DNA from: Mizuhopecten yessoensis
Lineage: Eukaryota
Length of the DNA: 64,000 nucleotides
Reading direction: 5' to 3'
NCBI RefSeq assembly: GCF_002113885.1
Contig: NW_018480077.1
Span: 1,794,145 to 1,858,144 of the forward strand
Part shown: in pieces, positions 11,677 through 24,438 of the stretch
Layout: every line of letters starts with the position of its first letter
How positions within the stretch are numbered: position 1 is the stretch's first letter
Position numbers and translations under genes: made by a program
Notes under the pieces: generated by a model
The model's input: the letters and a program-made list of their open reading frames with translations, nothing else
What the model was told of the DNA's origin: nothing
The model's database searches: none

Positions 11677-14600
11677 ATGGAGGTGTGCACTCCGCTAAAC
11701 GATGCCGTGAAACAAAGTGCTACAGGTATAAAAATAAACCCAGATAGCCAACAGTTTTCCCCAAATCAGATGGCCAGTTCAAGGAGTTCCCAAACAATTA
11801 AGCAATTGACACCACAATCAGACAGCCGTAAAAGATCTGACAATGGAGACAAAATCTCAGTTACCTTCTCTTCATCAGCATCAGTCATGAATCCTGGAGC
11901 AACTCGTCCTAAGTTGCTTGCAGAGTTGACATCTGTGAGAGCTAAACAGTTGGCTGCCCATTCACTTCCCGGTGGGGCAAGTCGGACACTCACCGTGGGA
12001 CAGGAAAAAGCCGGCAGATCAGAGAGTCCAATCATCATCATTGAAAACATCTCTAAAGTTTTTCCAGTGCCGTTGAATTCTCATGGACAAAAAACTGTGC
12101 ATAATCTCATACCCAGTGAATCTCAGTTGACATTGAGTAAGAAAGCCACCTCTCAGAGTAGCACTCCAGTGAAAAGGACAACCATTCAGGTCACTTCATC
12201 TACTAGTCCTGATCATAATATCAAACACCAAGACGCAGCTCTCACAGACAGCAATCGAACGGCAAAAGAAACATTTAAATGTGAAGAATGTGAATATACC
12301 AGTTACAACAAGCATTATTTAAAGCAGCATGTAGACCTTGTCCATCACGCTGACCGACCATTCAAATGTCCCTTCTGTGACTATGCAGGGAAGCGTAGTC
12401 ATTCTTTGCGGGAACATCTAATAGTTCACTCTAACGAAAGACCCTATGAGTGTACACACTGTAACGCCACGTTTAGAAAGAAAGGCCATCTCACAAACCA
12501 CACAAAACTCCACCAGAAGACAGTCTTCTGTAACACCTGTCGCAAATCTATCATTCACGCCGAGTTGGAGGCACATGTGAAAACATGTCGTGCTAGGGAA
12601 AACGTTTTTGTGTGTGAACTTTGTAGTTTTGTAGCTCCAGATGAAAACGCCATCTTGGAACATATCAAAGTGCATCAATCACAACAGATCTATGTGTGCA
12701 GCACGTGTAAACACATGACTAGTGACTTTGAAGCATTTGTTGCACATGCAGAAACACATCAACAGACATCTTCAAATACAGACTCGAGCACTGCAGAACT
12801 CAAATCTGCTTCTATTAAGGCAGACCTAAAACAGACTATTCTATCCAAGCGTCCACATGACCTAGAGCAGGGAAAGGAGTCACCTGTGTCTAAAGTTCGA
12901 CCTGTACCTGCGGCAACTAGTCAGCCTGGTAAACAGGACCTACTACTGAAATGTTCTGAGTGTGGGTTTGTTGCTCCTACTACCACACTAATGAAAAACC
13001 ACATGTGGACCCATTTACAGAGTATGGAAAACCCTTCCCCATCCTTCAAAGAGGAAGTCACTTCACAGAAACCTGCAATAGAGAGGTTGCCCCCACAGGA
13101 AAAGTCAGTGTACAAGTGTGTGGAATGTGACTTCATGTGTGGTGAAGCATACAATTTTGTAGTGCACATGTTGGCACACAAACCTGAACTTCAGCATTCA
13201 AATGTCCCGTCGATACCTGTTCCGTCACTACCTGTACAGTCTGCATCATTGCAGTCCATGCCAGTCCAGTCCGTACCATTGCAATCGGTACCAATGCAGG
13301 CAGGTCCAGTCCAGCCAGTTCCTGGTCAGTCTGTAACAATGCAGGCAGTTCCAGTCCAGCCAGTTCCTGGTCAGTCTGTAACGTTGCAGGCAGTTCCAGT
13401 CAAGCCAGTTTCTGGTCAGTCTGTAACGATGCAGGCAGTTCCAGTCCAGCCAGTTCCTGGTCAGTCTGTAAAAATGCAGGCAGTACCAATGAAGGCAGTA
13501 CCAGTGCAGTCAGGACTAGTGCCCTCGGTACAAATACAGCAGTTAAAACCTGTTAATACTTCCACGATTGAAAAATTAGTAACTTCTGTCCCCATGACAT
13601 TAGTTTCCTTTTCAAGTCCTTCATCAGCGAAGTCCTCGTCTGCTACAACACCCTCAGCTTCAGTGCCAGCTACGGTCACATCAACAGGCAAGGAGCCGGC
13701 ATCCCCTTTTGCCATCAGACAAGATTTGAAGGAAAGCATCCTAGCCAAACAGCAAAAACTACCTGCAATTCAAGACTATTTGATTAAAAGTAAAGATGGA
13801 GAGTTACCTCCCTTCGTCCATGACAGGGTGAATGCCCGATACCTGTGCACTATTTGTGGATACTCCTGTGAGTTTCAGAGAACTATAAAAGCTCACATTT
13901 GGAAACATTCAGGAAATCAAGACATTGAATACCCCATGTTTCAAAATGGCCCCCTCAGTATTTATGATTCTGCTGTAGAATCTAAATCTTGTTTGAATTT
14001 AACACCAAGTTCTGTATTTATGATGGAAAAGGCACAGAAAGCATTAAAGGAAAACACTAAGGAACCCAACACAAAGGTTTCTACCTCCCAGCACACCTCT
14101 GTCAGTCCCATTGCTCCTGCCTTGGCCCACCTTTTGGCTGCGAGGGCCATGACTGGACTCACACAGGAAGTGACCTTACCAAAGGTTACAGAGTCTGAGG
14201 TTAAATCCCAGTCAGATGTCCAAGATTCCAAGGAGGAAACTGAAATAAATTCAGATTTTATCTCAAAACCAACGGTGAAACCAGCCTCGAAGATTTCTCA
14301 AGGGGAGGATGCAGAGACCATACCTTCAGAGACTGACGCAGAATCCAGTCCGACAAAAACATCAGATGTACTTGGTACAGCGAAAGAAAACGAACAAGAT
14401 GATGATCATCTAACCACTTCTAACACGGCACCTGCTGAAACCGTCAGTGTTGGAAATGATGATGAAGAGCCGATGGATACTACAAGTATGACACAAGAGA
14501 CATCGGAGGATTCGGTGGATAAGTCAGATGCAGAGAAACAAGATGATACATCTCCAAAAACCTCTGGATCAGCCCAGGGACAAAATGGTGCTAAAAAACG

Positions 14601-16701
14601 AAAACTGAGTGAATCAAAGTATGACGTGAATGAAATGTTACAGATGGTGAAGCTGTTCTGTGCTGCAGAGGATGTAGAATGTGAGGATGTGGTGGAGCAG
14701 GGCAATGTTGTCGTGGAGACGGTGGATTGTGTGGTAAACTTGTCAGGGCTGACCAGTATAAAGAGTCAACAAAGCAGTCCCCGTACATGCTCTGGAATAA
14801 CAGGGTCTACAGAGGGCGAAATCACTGGTGAAACAGAGCAAGACATGGAGTGTGGTGACTCCGGGTTCATGTCGGATACAAATTCCAGTCAATCACAAGC
14901 CACCTCAAAAGTGGAGCATGCCTACATGTCAACAAGATCAAGTTCCAGACAATTGGAAAGATTGAAGAAAAATGTCAGTAATTCTCCTAAATCGAAACAC
15001 AAGGAGGGCATTGAGCATGCGACAAAAGAAGCAAGTGGGTCAGGGAAACATCAAGAAAAAGTTAGGAAGGATGAGGCACAGAACAGAAACTGTGCAGAAA
15101 ATGAAGATTTAGAGGAACATGATGAAGAGGAAGAGGACATTCCTCCATCTTCTATGGCAGAATCAGCTGTAACTTTGCTGTCTTTGCTGAAAAAAGGAGC
15201 AAACCATAATCCAGCATGTCCATCATCAGCACAGAAAGTGAAGGACGAACAGTCTGAGGTCACCAGGACGAAAGGAGACATTACGAAGGAGAAGAAACCT
15301 AAATCTCAGGGCATTTCTTCATCTTTACTTGCTGTTATAGAACAGTTGAGAGAACGGGCACGGACGGAAACAGACTATGATATAGAGTCTGGAAAGAAAG
15401 GTACAAAAAAGAAATCACGGAGGCTCTCTGCAGAGGATGAAGGGCCAATGGAGAAGATGGACAATGTGGAGCGTATCGAGGAGGCAGAGGAAGACGAGTC
15501 GAGGTTTCGTTGTAAACTCTGTCACTACTCTAACTCCAGTACTTTTGTAATGAAACAGCATATGCGTCTACACAAGACGAAGCGTCCATTTGAGTGTTCA
15601 CTGTGTGACTTCATGGCGGAATCTAGTGAGGACTTGCAGAACCATATGATAAAACACTGTAAAGTTCGAACGTACCAATGTAAGTTGTGTCCATCTGCAT
15701 TTAACTACAAGAGTCAACTGCGTGCTCACATGAGAGCACACAATGAAAAAGACGTTTTTGCTTGTGAGGAATGTGACTTTGAAACAGGAAACCCCAATTT
15801 ACTGAGGAACCACATGAGCAATTGCCATGAAGTCAAGCAATATGTGTGTGAAGTATGTGAGCGGAGATTCGTCTCCAAGCACCAGCTCAGAGTCCATAAG
15901 AAAATCATGTGTAACGGAGAAGAAGAAATGCCGTTGATGTTGTGTCCAGATGAAAATGGGAAAGAAACACAGGATCAGAAATCTCACGGAAAGTTCCAAA
16001 AACAGGACTTCAGGTGTGCAAAGTGTGATTATGTAACTAACTCATTTGCAAGATTTGGAAATCATATGAAGACACATGAGGAACCAAAGGTTCTGAAATG
16101 TGAGCTATGTGACTTTCCAGCTGTGTCCAATCGTAGCCTTAAGTCACACATGAAGCGACACATAAACGACCAGCGGTTTGTGCAGCAGCCACTGGAACAG
16201 TACAAGTGTAATCTTTGTGGCTATGTGTGTCACCACCTTCCTTCGCTAAAATCACACATGTGGCGCCATGCTAGTGACCAGAACTACAGCTACGAATTCA
16301 CAAATGAAGTCATCAATGCAGCCATTGATTATGACAGCCGTCTTGACACCAAAGAATGCTGCGAGGAAGATGTTGCAGAGTTCAATAAAACAATTCGTGA
16401 AAAGATGCGGATCCGACTCGCTAGTCAGGGTGTCACCAAAGATGCGGAGAGTCTGTGTGCTGTTTGTTGGGTTACCTTCCGCTGTTGTCAGTGTGGGTTT
16501 GAAGTCATCAATAAAGCGCAGCTAAACTTACACATGAAGACACACTCAGATGTTATTCAGTGGACTCTGCAGGTCTCCCAAAACAGTACTACCAGCAGTG
16601 GTACAAGTGGGGGGCAAAGTAGTGCTATCACAGTGGACAGTGGGGAAGGCAGCAGCCATGTTAAACAAAGACCTGATAGGAAAGGTCTAGAGATACAATA
16701 A
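11677..16701 (+). CDS. ZNF507: C2H2 zinc-finger protein, ZNF507-like (1674 aa, ~18 fingers, single coding exon)
   Basis: Long ORF with C2H2 fingers. Blocks recognised as ZNF507-like: KAHIWKHSG..YP, GISSSLLAVIEQLRER, HCKVRTYQCKLC..FNYKSQLR, CGYVCHHLPSLKSHMWRHASDQNY.YE. Splice acceptor 102 nt upstream of the ATG. Confidence 0.85.
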   Translation: MEVCTPLNDAVKQSATGIKINPDSQQFSPNQMASSRSSQTIKQLTPQSDSRKRSDNGDKISVTFSSSASVMNPGATRPKLLAELTSVRAKQLAAHSLPGGASRTLTVGQEKAGRSESPIIIIENISKVFPVPLNSHGQKTVHNLIPSESQLTLSKKATSQSSTPVKRTTIQVTSSTSPDHNIKHQDAALTDSNRTAKETFKCEECEYTSYNKHYLKQHVDLVHHADRPFKCPFCDYAGKRSHSLREHLIVHSNERPYECTHCNATFRKKGHLTNHTKLHQKTVFCNTCRKSIIHAELEAHVKTCRARENVFVCELCSFVAPDENAILEHIKVHQSQQIYVCSTCKHMTSDFEAFVAHAETHQQTSSNTDSSTAELKSASIKADLKQTILSKRPHDLEQGKESPVSKVRPVPAATSQPGKQDLLLKCSECGFVAPTTTLMKNHMWTHLQSMENPSPSFKEEVTSQKPAIERLPPQEKSVYKCVECDFMCGEAYNFVVHMLAHKPELQHSNVPSIPVPSLPVQSASLQSMPVQSVPLQSVPMQAGPVQPVPGQSVTMQAVPVQPVPGQSVTLQAVPVKPVSGQSVTMQAVPVQPVPGQSVKMQAVPMKAVPVQSGLVPSVQIQQLKPVNTSTIEKLVTSVPMTLVSFSSPSSAKSSSATTPSASVPATVTSTGKEPASPFAIRQDLKESILAKQQKLPAIQDYLIKSKDGELPPFVHDRVNARYLCTICGYSCEFQRTIKAHIWKHSGNQDIEYPMFQNGPLSIYDSAVESKSCLNLTPSSVFMMEKAQKALKENTKEPNTKVSTSQHTSVSPIAPALAHLLAARAMTGLTQEVTLPKVTESEVKSQSDVQDSKEETEINSDFISKPTVKPASKISQGEDAETIPSETDAESSPTKTSDVLGTAKENEQDDDHLTTSNTAPAETVSVGNDDEEPMDTTSMTQETSEDSVDKSDAEKQDDTSPKTSGSAQGQNGAKKRKLSESKYDVNEMLQMVKLFCAAEDVECEDVVEQGNVVVETVDCVVNLSGLTSIKSQQSSPRTCSGITGSTEGEITGETEQDMECGDSGFMSDTNSSQSQATSKVEHAYMSTRSSSRQLERLKKNVSNSPKSKHKEGIEHATKEASGSGKHQEKVRKDEAQNRNCAENEDLEEHDEEEEDIPPSSMAESAVTLLSLLKKGANHNPACPSSAQKVKDEQSEVTRTKGDITKEKKPKSQGISSSLLAVIEQLRERARTETDYDIESGKKGTKKKSRRLSAEDEGPMEKMDNVERIEEAEEDESRFRCKLCHYSNSSTFVMKQHMRLHKTKRPFECSLCDFMAESSEDLQNHMIKHCKVRTYQCKLCPSAFNYKSQLRAHMRAHNEKDVFACEECDFETGNPNLLRNHMSNCHEVKQYVCEVCERRFVSKHQLRVHKKIMCNGEEEMPLMLCPDENGKETQDQKSHGKFQKQDFRCAKCDYVTNSFARFGNHMKTHEEPKVLKCELCDFPAVSNRSLKSHMKRHINDQRFVQQPLEQYKCNLCGYVCHHLPSLKSHMWRHASDQNYSYEFTNEVINAAIDYDSRLDTKECCEEDVAEFNKTIREKMRIRLASQGVTKDAESLCAVCWVTFRCCQCGFEVINKAQLNLHMKTHSDVIQWTLQVSQNSTTSSGTSGGQSSAITVDSGEGSSHVKQRPDRKGLEIQ
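13255..13510 (+). repeat. Coding minisatellite (45-bp/15-aa unit QAVPVQPVPGQSVTM built from 5-aa subunits)
   Basis: About 4 near-perfect copies of cagccagttcctggtcagtctgtaac inside the ORF. Confidence 0.85.
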
Positions 16702-17727
16702 CAGATCTGATAGACAAGGTTTAGAGATATAATAACATGTATGTCAAGAAAGGTAGAGATACGATAACAAGACTGTTAGGTTTAGAGAAGGAGATAGGAA
16801 AGACCTAGAAATTTGATAAAAGATCTGATAGGAAATTAATGGTCTAGAGATCCAATAATGGATCTGATAGGTAAGGTTTAGAGATACGATAATGAAGCTG
16901 ATGGATAAGGTTTAGAGATACGATAATGGATCTGATAGGTAAGGTTTAAAGATACGATAATGGATCTGATGGGTAAGGTTAAAAGATACGATAATGGATC
17001 TGATAGGTAAGGTTTAGAGATACAATAATGGATCTGATGGATAAGGTTTAAAGATACGATAATGGATCTGATAGGTAAGGTCTAGCGATACGATAATGGA
17101 TCTGATGGATAAGGTTTAAAGATACGATAATGGATCTAATAGGTAAGGTCTAGCGATACGTTAATGGATCTGATAGATAAGATTTAGAGGTACGATAATG
17201 GATCTGATAGGAAGGTCTAGAAATACAATAACAGTTCTGATAGCTATATAAGTAAGGTCTAGAGATACGATAATGGATCTGATAGGTAAGGTCTAGAGAT
17301 ACGATAACAGATCTGATAGGTAAGGTTTAGTGATACGATAATGAAGCTGATAGGTAAGGTCTAGAGATACGATAATGGATCTGATAGGTAAGGTCTAGAG
17401 ATACGATAATGGATATGATAGATAAGATTTAGAGGTACGATAATGGATCTGATAGGTAAGGTCTAGAAATACGATAACAGATCTGATAGGTAAGGTCTAG
17501 AGATACGATAATGGATCTGATAGGTAAGGTCTAGAGATACGATAATGGATCTGATAAAAGGTCTAGAGATACGATAACAGATCTGATAGGTAAGGTCTAG
17601 AGATACGATAATGGATTTGATAGGTAAGGTCTAGAGATACGATAACAGATCTGATAGGTAAGGTCTAGAGATACGATAACAGATCTGATAGGTAAGGTCT
17701 AGAGATGTGATAACAGATCTGATAGGT
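16668..17727 (+). repeat. 34-bp minisatellite, ~31 copies, spanning the stop codon and proximal 3'UTR of ZNF507-like
   Basis: Unit gatctgataggtaaggtctagagatacgataatg; periodicity 16861/16895/16929. Confidence 0.95.
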
Positions 17728-20504
17728 TATAAAGGACTAGACTAGAGGTAATTGGAAATTGAACTGGAGTCCCAATAATCTAGCCACCGTCATTGCCAGC
17801 AAAAGTATTAAGCTGGATTGTATCAATAGTATAATTTGAGATGGCTGGACAGTTTTCTATAGATAAAGGCCAATCTTGTCTCCTAAAAATGGACAACCAG
17901 ATTAGTGGTGGCTGGATAAACAGTTGACTGTTCACTGTATCTCATAGTAAGGTCAATATCCTTGTTTTATCTCGGATCTGGAGTCGGTAGTCTAGAACGT
18001 GCACAATAACAGTGCTATAGAGATTGAGGAATATTACTAGTCAAAATAGTCAGGTTTTGCTTTCTCAGTTTCTTCAGGTCTTGTATAAGAAATGGGATTG
18101 TGTTGAAAATTTTAAAATTGTTATTCTCATAATACTTCCGTCACTTATTATTTTTTTTACCGATATTTGCCAGACTTGCGTGGTACTTTCTGACTTTTGT
18201 TAGTTCACTCAGTAATTACTATCAATATTATTGAGAATAACTCAATTCTTTCGTATAAAATAATGTAACACTCTTTCCACCTTATGATAGAAATGAGTCT
18301 CAGATCTGTTTTGAATAAGTTATAAGGTCAAATCATAATTTTCCTTTAGATATTTGTAATGAGGATGTACATATAACCATTTATTGTTTGGTACAATCTT
18401 TTAAGTTGTGAAAGATAGAGTGATAAGATTTAAGATAACTGCTATAAAAATAGCAGATTTACGGTAGCTTGCTTGTTGACTTATTATTATATGGGCATCA
18501 AGCTCAAATTTACAATTATAACGTGTTTATGATATTAAACTACAATAATGTAGCCAGGATTAAGATTAATGACAACTTCACAATATGCATTTATGTTTTC
18601 CTGGTCATCAATATGTTTGGAGTCTATTACATGAGATCTTGTAGATCTGGACTCATATTCATGAAACTGCTCTCATGCTCAAACTCAGACTCTGTGCTCA
18701 AGACCAATTTCTTGTTCCGGTGATAAATTATAAAACAAAAAAAATGTAATTTTGAAAAATTATGGGGACACTTTGAAGCCAAATTGTCTTTACAGTGTTG
18801 ACACCTGACTGACCGAGTCACATGATTTTAGTATAAGTTACAAGTAGGTTGGTTTTAGCACAGAATCCATGCTTGAGCATGAAAATGGATTCACGAATTC
18901 AGGCCCTGGTCACCCACCAAACTAGAACTACTGTTAGAGACCAAGGAAAAAAAGCAAAAATACAGAATTTTGAGATCTTAATACATTCTGATTAAAATTA
19001 AAACGCCAGTAAAGTTTGAAAGCTAAAACCAAAGATGTGTAAGTTATTGACGTGACATTCAAAACATAGTTGAGGAATGATCAATGAGGATTCACAGTTT
19101 TAACTAGTTTCCAAAACTATTGTACCATGTAGTTATAAGTTAGATGATTTTATGTACAGTACTGAATGTAGATAGAAGGGATAAAGAACCAGTAGTATAT
19201 AATAATTTATTATAGGGATTTTTGTTGTGATACTCACAAATGATCTTATTTGGATTAACTGTAAATTATTAAATTGTATTTAATTAAATCCATTATATAT
19301 ATATATATATTTTTTAAATGTTATCTGGTAAGTAATTACATTGAAAGCACAAGGTACAGAAAGCATAAATTGTTCGTATTGGGAAGTACAAACATTTTAC
19401 TGTATTTCCTATCAATATTAATTACCGGTACATGTTGACGAGTTTAAACATTGTTGGTGTTTAAAGTATTGTATTTAATGATTTTTTTCCCTCCACATTT
19501 TGCAACATTGGTCTGAAATTATGAATGCATAATTAGTTTTGTTTAAAATTTATATATTAGTATATATGTGTTTGTATTAATGGCTATACAGGTGTTGAAT
19601 TGTAATACCCAAGCCATAAGTAAAAGATCAGCATTTCTTTTTTCTATATATATTTGCTTATTGTAGCTGTAACAAGTTTATTTTTAAACAATAAATATGA
19701 TGTTATGTGTTTCCTTTGGCTACTCTCCACACACATCACACAAATACTGTAACTGTTTGCTCAAAAAAAAGATTTTTACACAACGTTCTCAAATATATTT
19801 TTCTGAATTTGCTGTTTGTTTTTATTATGAAAATTTTGGGTTCGTTCACTTGAAAAATCTTTAAATGTTTGTAAATTAATTTTTTAAATCCATGTTTTGA
19901 CATTGACTGTCCTGACACTGAGTGTACCATGTCTGTAAGTGTATGGGTGGTGAAACCGATTGTTGATCATCGTATGCATCTACTGGCTGCAAAGACAGTA
20001 AACGGTGTCTGTCAACGTTTCTCCAACTTCCGGAAATGTTTTTGTTTAAATCTGATCTTGGATGAATATCAAAAAAAAATAGCATAATATTTTGAAGAAA
20101 AACAGTACGAGAAATTAAAATTATTTATTTTTTGTAAGTACATGTATCTGAGTTTTAAAAGGACATCTTGTTCATCACAAAGTGACTATCATAATTTTAT
20201 TTATTTTTCTGAAAATGATGTAGCTAATTGTAAGCCTTTGGATATTTTTTCAGCTAAGTTTCCCTGCATCATCCTGTTACAAAAAAATCGTTTTGACTTT
20301 TGTGATTTGGTTTTGTGTAGTATTTTGCCCAGAGTTATGTTGCTGTGTACAGGAGGTTTAACATGCTTTTCAATTTCATCTGCATTTAGTTATACCTGGC
20401 TTCAATAACTGACTAACACATCCAAGTTTGTAAGTCACAATTTAAAAAAAAACCCAGAGGAATTTCTTTAAAACTGTCACAAAACATGTGCTGAGGGTCC
20501 ATAT

Positions 20505-20690
20505 GATGATCTTTGGTGAGGGTCGCCATGGTGATCTTTGGTGAGGGTCGCCATGGTGATCTTAGTTGAGGGTCACCTTGGTGATCTTTGGTGAGGGTCG
20601 CCATGGTGATCGTAGTTGAGGGTCTCTTTGGTGAGGGTCGGCATAGTGATCTTTGGTGAGGGTCACACTGGTGATCTTTGTGAGGTTCCC
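20505..20690. repeat. 25-bp tandem repeat, ~7 copies
   Basis: Unit gatctttggtgagggtcgccatggt. Confidence 0.85.
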
Positions 20691-21831
20691 AATAGTGACT
20701 ATCATGACTTTTTTGCTGGTGATCTATGTGAGGGCCCTGTTGTTGCCCTTTGTTGGATTCTGATAGTGACCCTCATGATGGTGATCGTTGTTGGTCTTGG
20801 AATGTTTACATTTTGTTTGTCTCTGATTCAAAGTCTAAATTTGTCAGTATGTTGTAGAAACTTGATATTACGTGATGTTGTATACAGTGTGTTATATATG
20901 TGTATTAAAGTGATATAGATCTGTTAATGAAGTACGATTTATCTTTTGAGAAGATTTTTTACCAGTGTGTGTACAAGGTAATCATAAAATATTTCTCACA
21001 GGATATCTCATTTCAACTAAATGATAACCAGGTTAAATGTTCTTTGGTCAGTTTTATGAAACAAAAAAGTGCTGTTTTTATTGAAGTGTTTTATATTTTG
21101 TATATTTATTTAATGACTATAAACCAGATGAAGAGATTGACATGGGTGGTGATTTCTATTTTTTTTTTTTAAACCCCAATCTGACCAATTATAAAATGTG
21201 GCATGCAGTTTTTTCACGGTCACAGTCATGTCTACTGTTATGGCTGGAATATATACATTTCCATGTGTATACGTAAAACGATTTTTTGGCACTTGGTATT
21301 TAGTTAAATATCCGAGAACATTTCAATGTCATTGTTTGAAGACTGAAGATCTGATTGTGGTGTTGATGAAGTATATCTATATTTAATGTCATTTTCGAAA
21401 ATTCCGAATTTCATTAACATGAAATAAGAGTATATTAAGCACAGCATCTTTTTCCATAATATGTGTTACACCTTGATTAAGAACAGATTGAAATCTAGAG
21501 AAAATCGGAGTCAAACTATACACAACGTGCTTTGCAACCATTGAAATCAAGACCATCATTTTACCAGTATAATGTTAACCCATATGAGGGCTTGCTTTGG
21601 GCTGAAGTGTATGATGGTATAAGGAATTATTTTACTTTGTACAGATTATCAGAATTTTCTTTATCTTTAAATGATAACTGCTTTAATATATATTTTTGTG
21701 TATGTTGATTTTGTGTTAAGGGATATAATTTATACATATTGTCAACACAAGACTTTGGCATACATGTTGAACATAACAATCTGGTACACATGCATTTATT
21801 TTCATTAAACAAATCAAAACAAAAAAATGTT

Positions 21832-22310
21832 TGATGCACAATATGTACACACTATCAAAACATTCAATAAGCTTATACTTTGGTTGATGCACAATAAGTA
21901 CACACTATCAAAACATTCAATAAGCTTATAATTTGATTGATGCACAATAAGTACACACTATTGTAACATTCAATAAGCTTATACTTTGATTGATGCACAA
22001 TAAGAACACACTATCAAAACATTCAATAAGCTTATACTTTGATTGATGCCCAATATGTACACACTATCAAAACATTCAATAAGCTTATACAATAAGATTG
22101 TATTTTGATACACAATTATTATAGAATATCATAGCATACAACAAGCTTAAACTTTGATATCCAATTACTGTACAGTACAGACTATCATAGCATGAAATAA
22201 AGTATGTTTAGATGCACAATAAGGATAGAATATCAGAATAAGCACATCCTTTGATACACAATAAGGATAGACTATCATAGCATACAATAAGCAAAGTTTG
22301 ATGCACAGTT
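21832..22310. repeat. 53-bp tandem repeat (5 good copies plus degenerate tail)
   Basis: tgatgcacaataagtacacactatcaaaacattcaataagcttatactttgat at 21832, 21885, 21938, 21991 and 22044. Confidence 0.9.
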
Positions 22311-24250
22311 GTCCTGCAACAACGTAGACATTGATCCACAACAGACAGTGCTTCGTCCATGGGTTTAAACAGAAAATACAAAGAAAATACAAAGAAAATA
22401 CAAAAGGAAACATTAAAAATTCCAATGCTTTATTTGTATCGAAATGGTTGTGGATATTTATAATTGTAATTGTAATTCATTTGAGATGTATCACGACATT
22501 TGATATGTCAAACAGGATAGTTTGTGACGGTATCACCACGATATACCCCCCGCAAACCTTTTTGCATGTGAAGCCCGTATGGTGATTGTTGATTAATGAT
22601 GTCAATGACCCAGGCACGTTTTGAAGTTGATTATTCATGAAGTCACGAACAATATAGTGTGACCCCGAAAGGTCAACAAATTCAGACTCTCTTTAATCCT
22701 AACGTCACAATCCAAGACAGAGAGACCTAGATTTGTTTTAGAAAACGCTTGAAACATCTAAAAACTGTCGTATCTTTTGGTAGTTTTAGTTGACATGAAT
22801 TAGATAAGAATGCGGATAACTCTACTGTATTTTGAGATATACAGAAGGGTTATCCCCTAATCATAACATGCAAACATCTTTCACTTTGACCTTTAACGGT
22901 AATATGGTGTAAATGGTAATGCTGTGGCAATGGTATCGGTCACCATACATATTGATCAACCTGATAATGCTACAACCAGGCGTATTTACAAGAAGAACAT
23001 TTTATTTGTGGATGTTACCACTGCGCAAACTGTGTTTATAGGTTATCCCCTTACAATGAATTAAAGCGTGTACTCCTTATCTTTGATACCTTGACCTCCC
23101 CAAAATAGGTACTTGAACACAACAGCTGTCCGGAGTGACCTTCACCTACTAAGTAGTACACCACAGACCCTGTTATCACAGTAGCATATTCTTACAGGAC
23201 TGGTTGTTCACATTAACAAATTACAGTATTGAATACGTTTCAAAATGAGCGGAAAACTGATATATAATGTGAAACAGCAATCGCCACATTTTTACCACAT
23301 TCAGTTTTTCTTGTACTGTATTTCTTTTATCTATTGTCTTTCACTTTGACAACAATATGTTTGATGTTTGTCTTGAAGTTTGTAAGATCGAAAAAGTTTT
23401 GCCCATTGCTAATTCCTCATTTTCTTGTTAATTAAATAGAGTTTCGATACGTGAAAAATATAAGAGGTGTATGAAATGCATTTTTCTCTCTTCAGAAAAT
23501 GCTACACCATCATTGATGTATATATTATCTACATATATACAGAAGGGATTAAGTATGTATACACAACGCGTTTTTAAATGACTAAACGTTTTGGTCCTTC
23601 CGGCATGGTTTCCTAGATTTGTTCCGTCGAAACATATTATTTACAAGTCGCAGATTAAAGCATACTGTCACTATGATGAGTGTATTCTATATAAGGTTAT
23701 TTGTGTGTTTTATTTGTATTCAGTGTGTTACTTGTACATATATATATATATGTAAAAAAGCCTTTGTTCATTTAACTGATCTCATACTCAAACTCGGATT
23801 CTGTGTTGAAAGCCCAAATACTCCTTGTTCTGACGATAAGTTGTCAAAAAATTCATTTGTTTTAATGTGTAGAATATTCAGAGAGACTTAAATCCTATTA
23901 TCGCTTTCAATGTTACAGTGAGTTGATAGAAAACTGGCTTGAACACAGAATTCATGGTTGAGAATGAGAATGGTGTCTTAGGTACAGGTCCGGGTGTTTT
24001 GACGATTCTGATACATACACTGATGTTATGCAAGTTTTCATTTTTTTCAGTATTATGTAGTTTCGGTTATAGATCAGATGTAATTGGACTGTTTTAAATG
24101 ATATCTCAGACTTATAAATAAACTGTAGATTCGTTTTTACTTGTGTAATGTTTTTATTTTTGTTTATGTACAAAATGTTAGAAAACTTTGCTTTTTGTCT
24201 TGATCATCTTTTTACATTTGGTGTATTGGACGCTAATTCCTCTCATCGCT

Positions 24251-24438
24251 ATTCCGTCTTTGCGTATTGCAGAGTTATCTTCTCTTGGGGGCAGGTATTG
24301 ATTGTTACGTCATTGGGTTGTGTGAGAAAATGACGTCGTTTTATCAAAAAGTGATGACGTTACTCCCACAAACAAGTGACGTAACGATCAATACCTGCTC
24401 CCAAGAGAAGATAACTCTGCAATACGCAAAGACGGAAT
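24251..24438. mobile_element. Palindromic MITE (family A), complete
   Basis: attccgtctttgcgtattgcagagttatcttctcttgg... / ...ccaagagaagataactctgcaatacgcaaagacggaat; TIRs of about 70 bp. Confidence 0.9.

Noticed and set aside
11766-16525. Antisense and alternate-frame ORFs within the zinc-finger CDS
   Set aside because: Shadows of a long coding exon; no independent splice or domain evidence.
16668-17727. Regular 34-bp repeats as a CRISPR array
   Set aside because: Head-to-tail units with no unique spacers, no cas genes, eukaryotic context.
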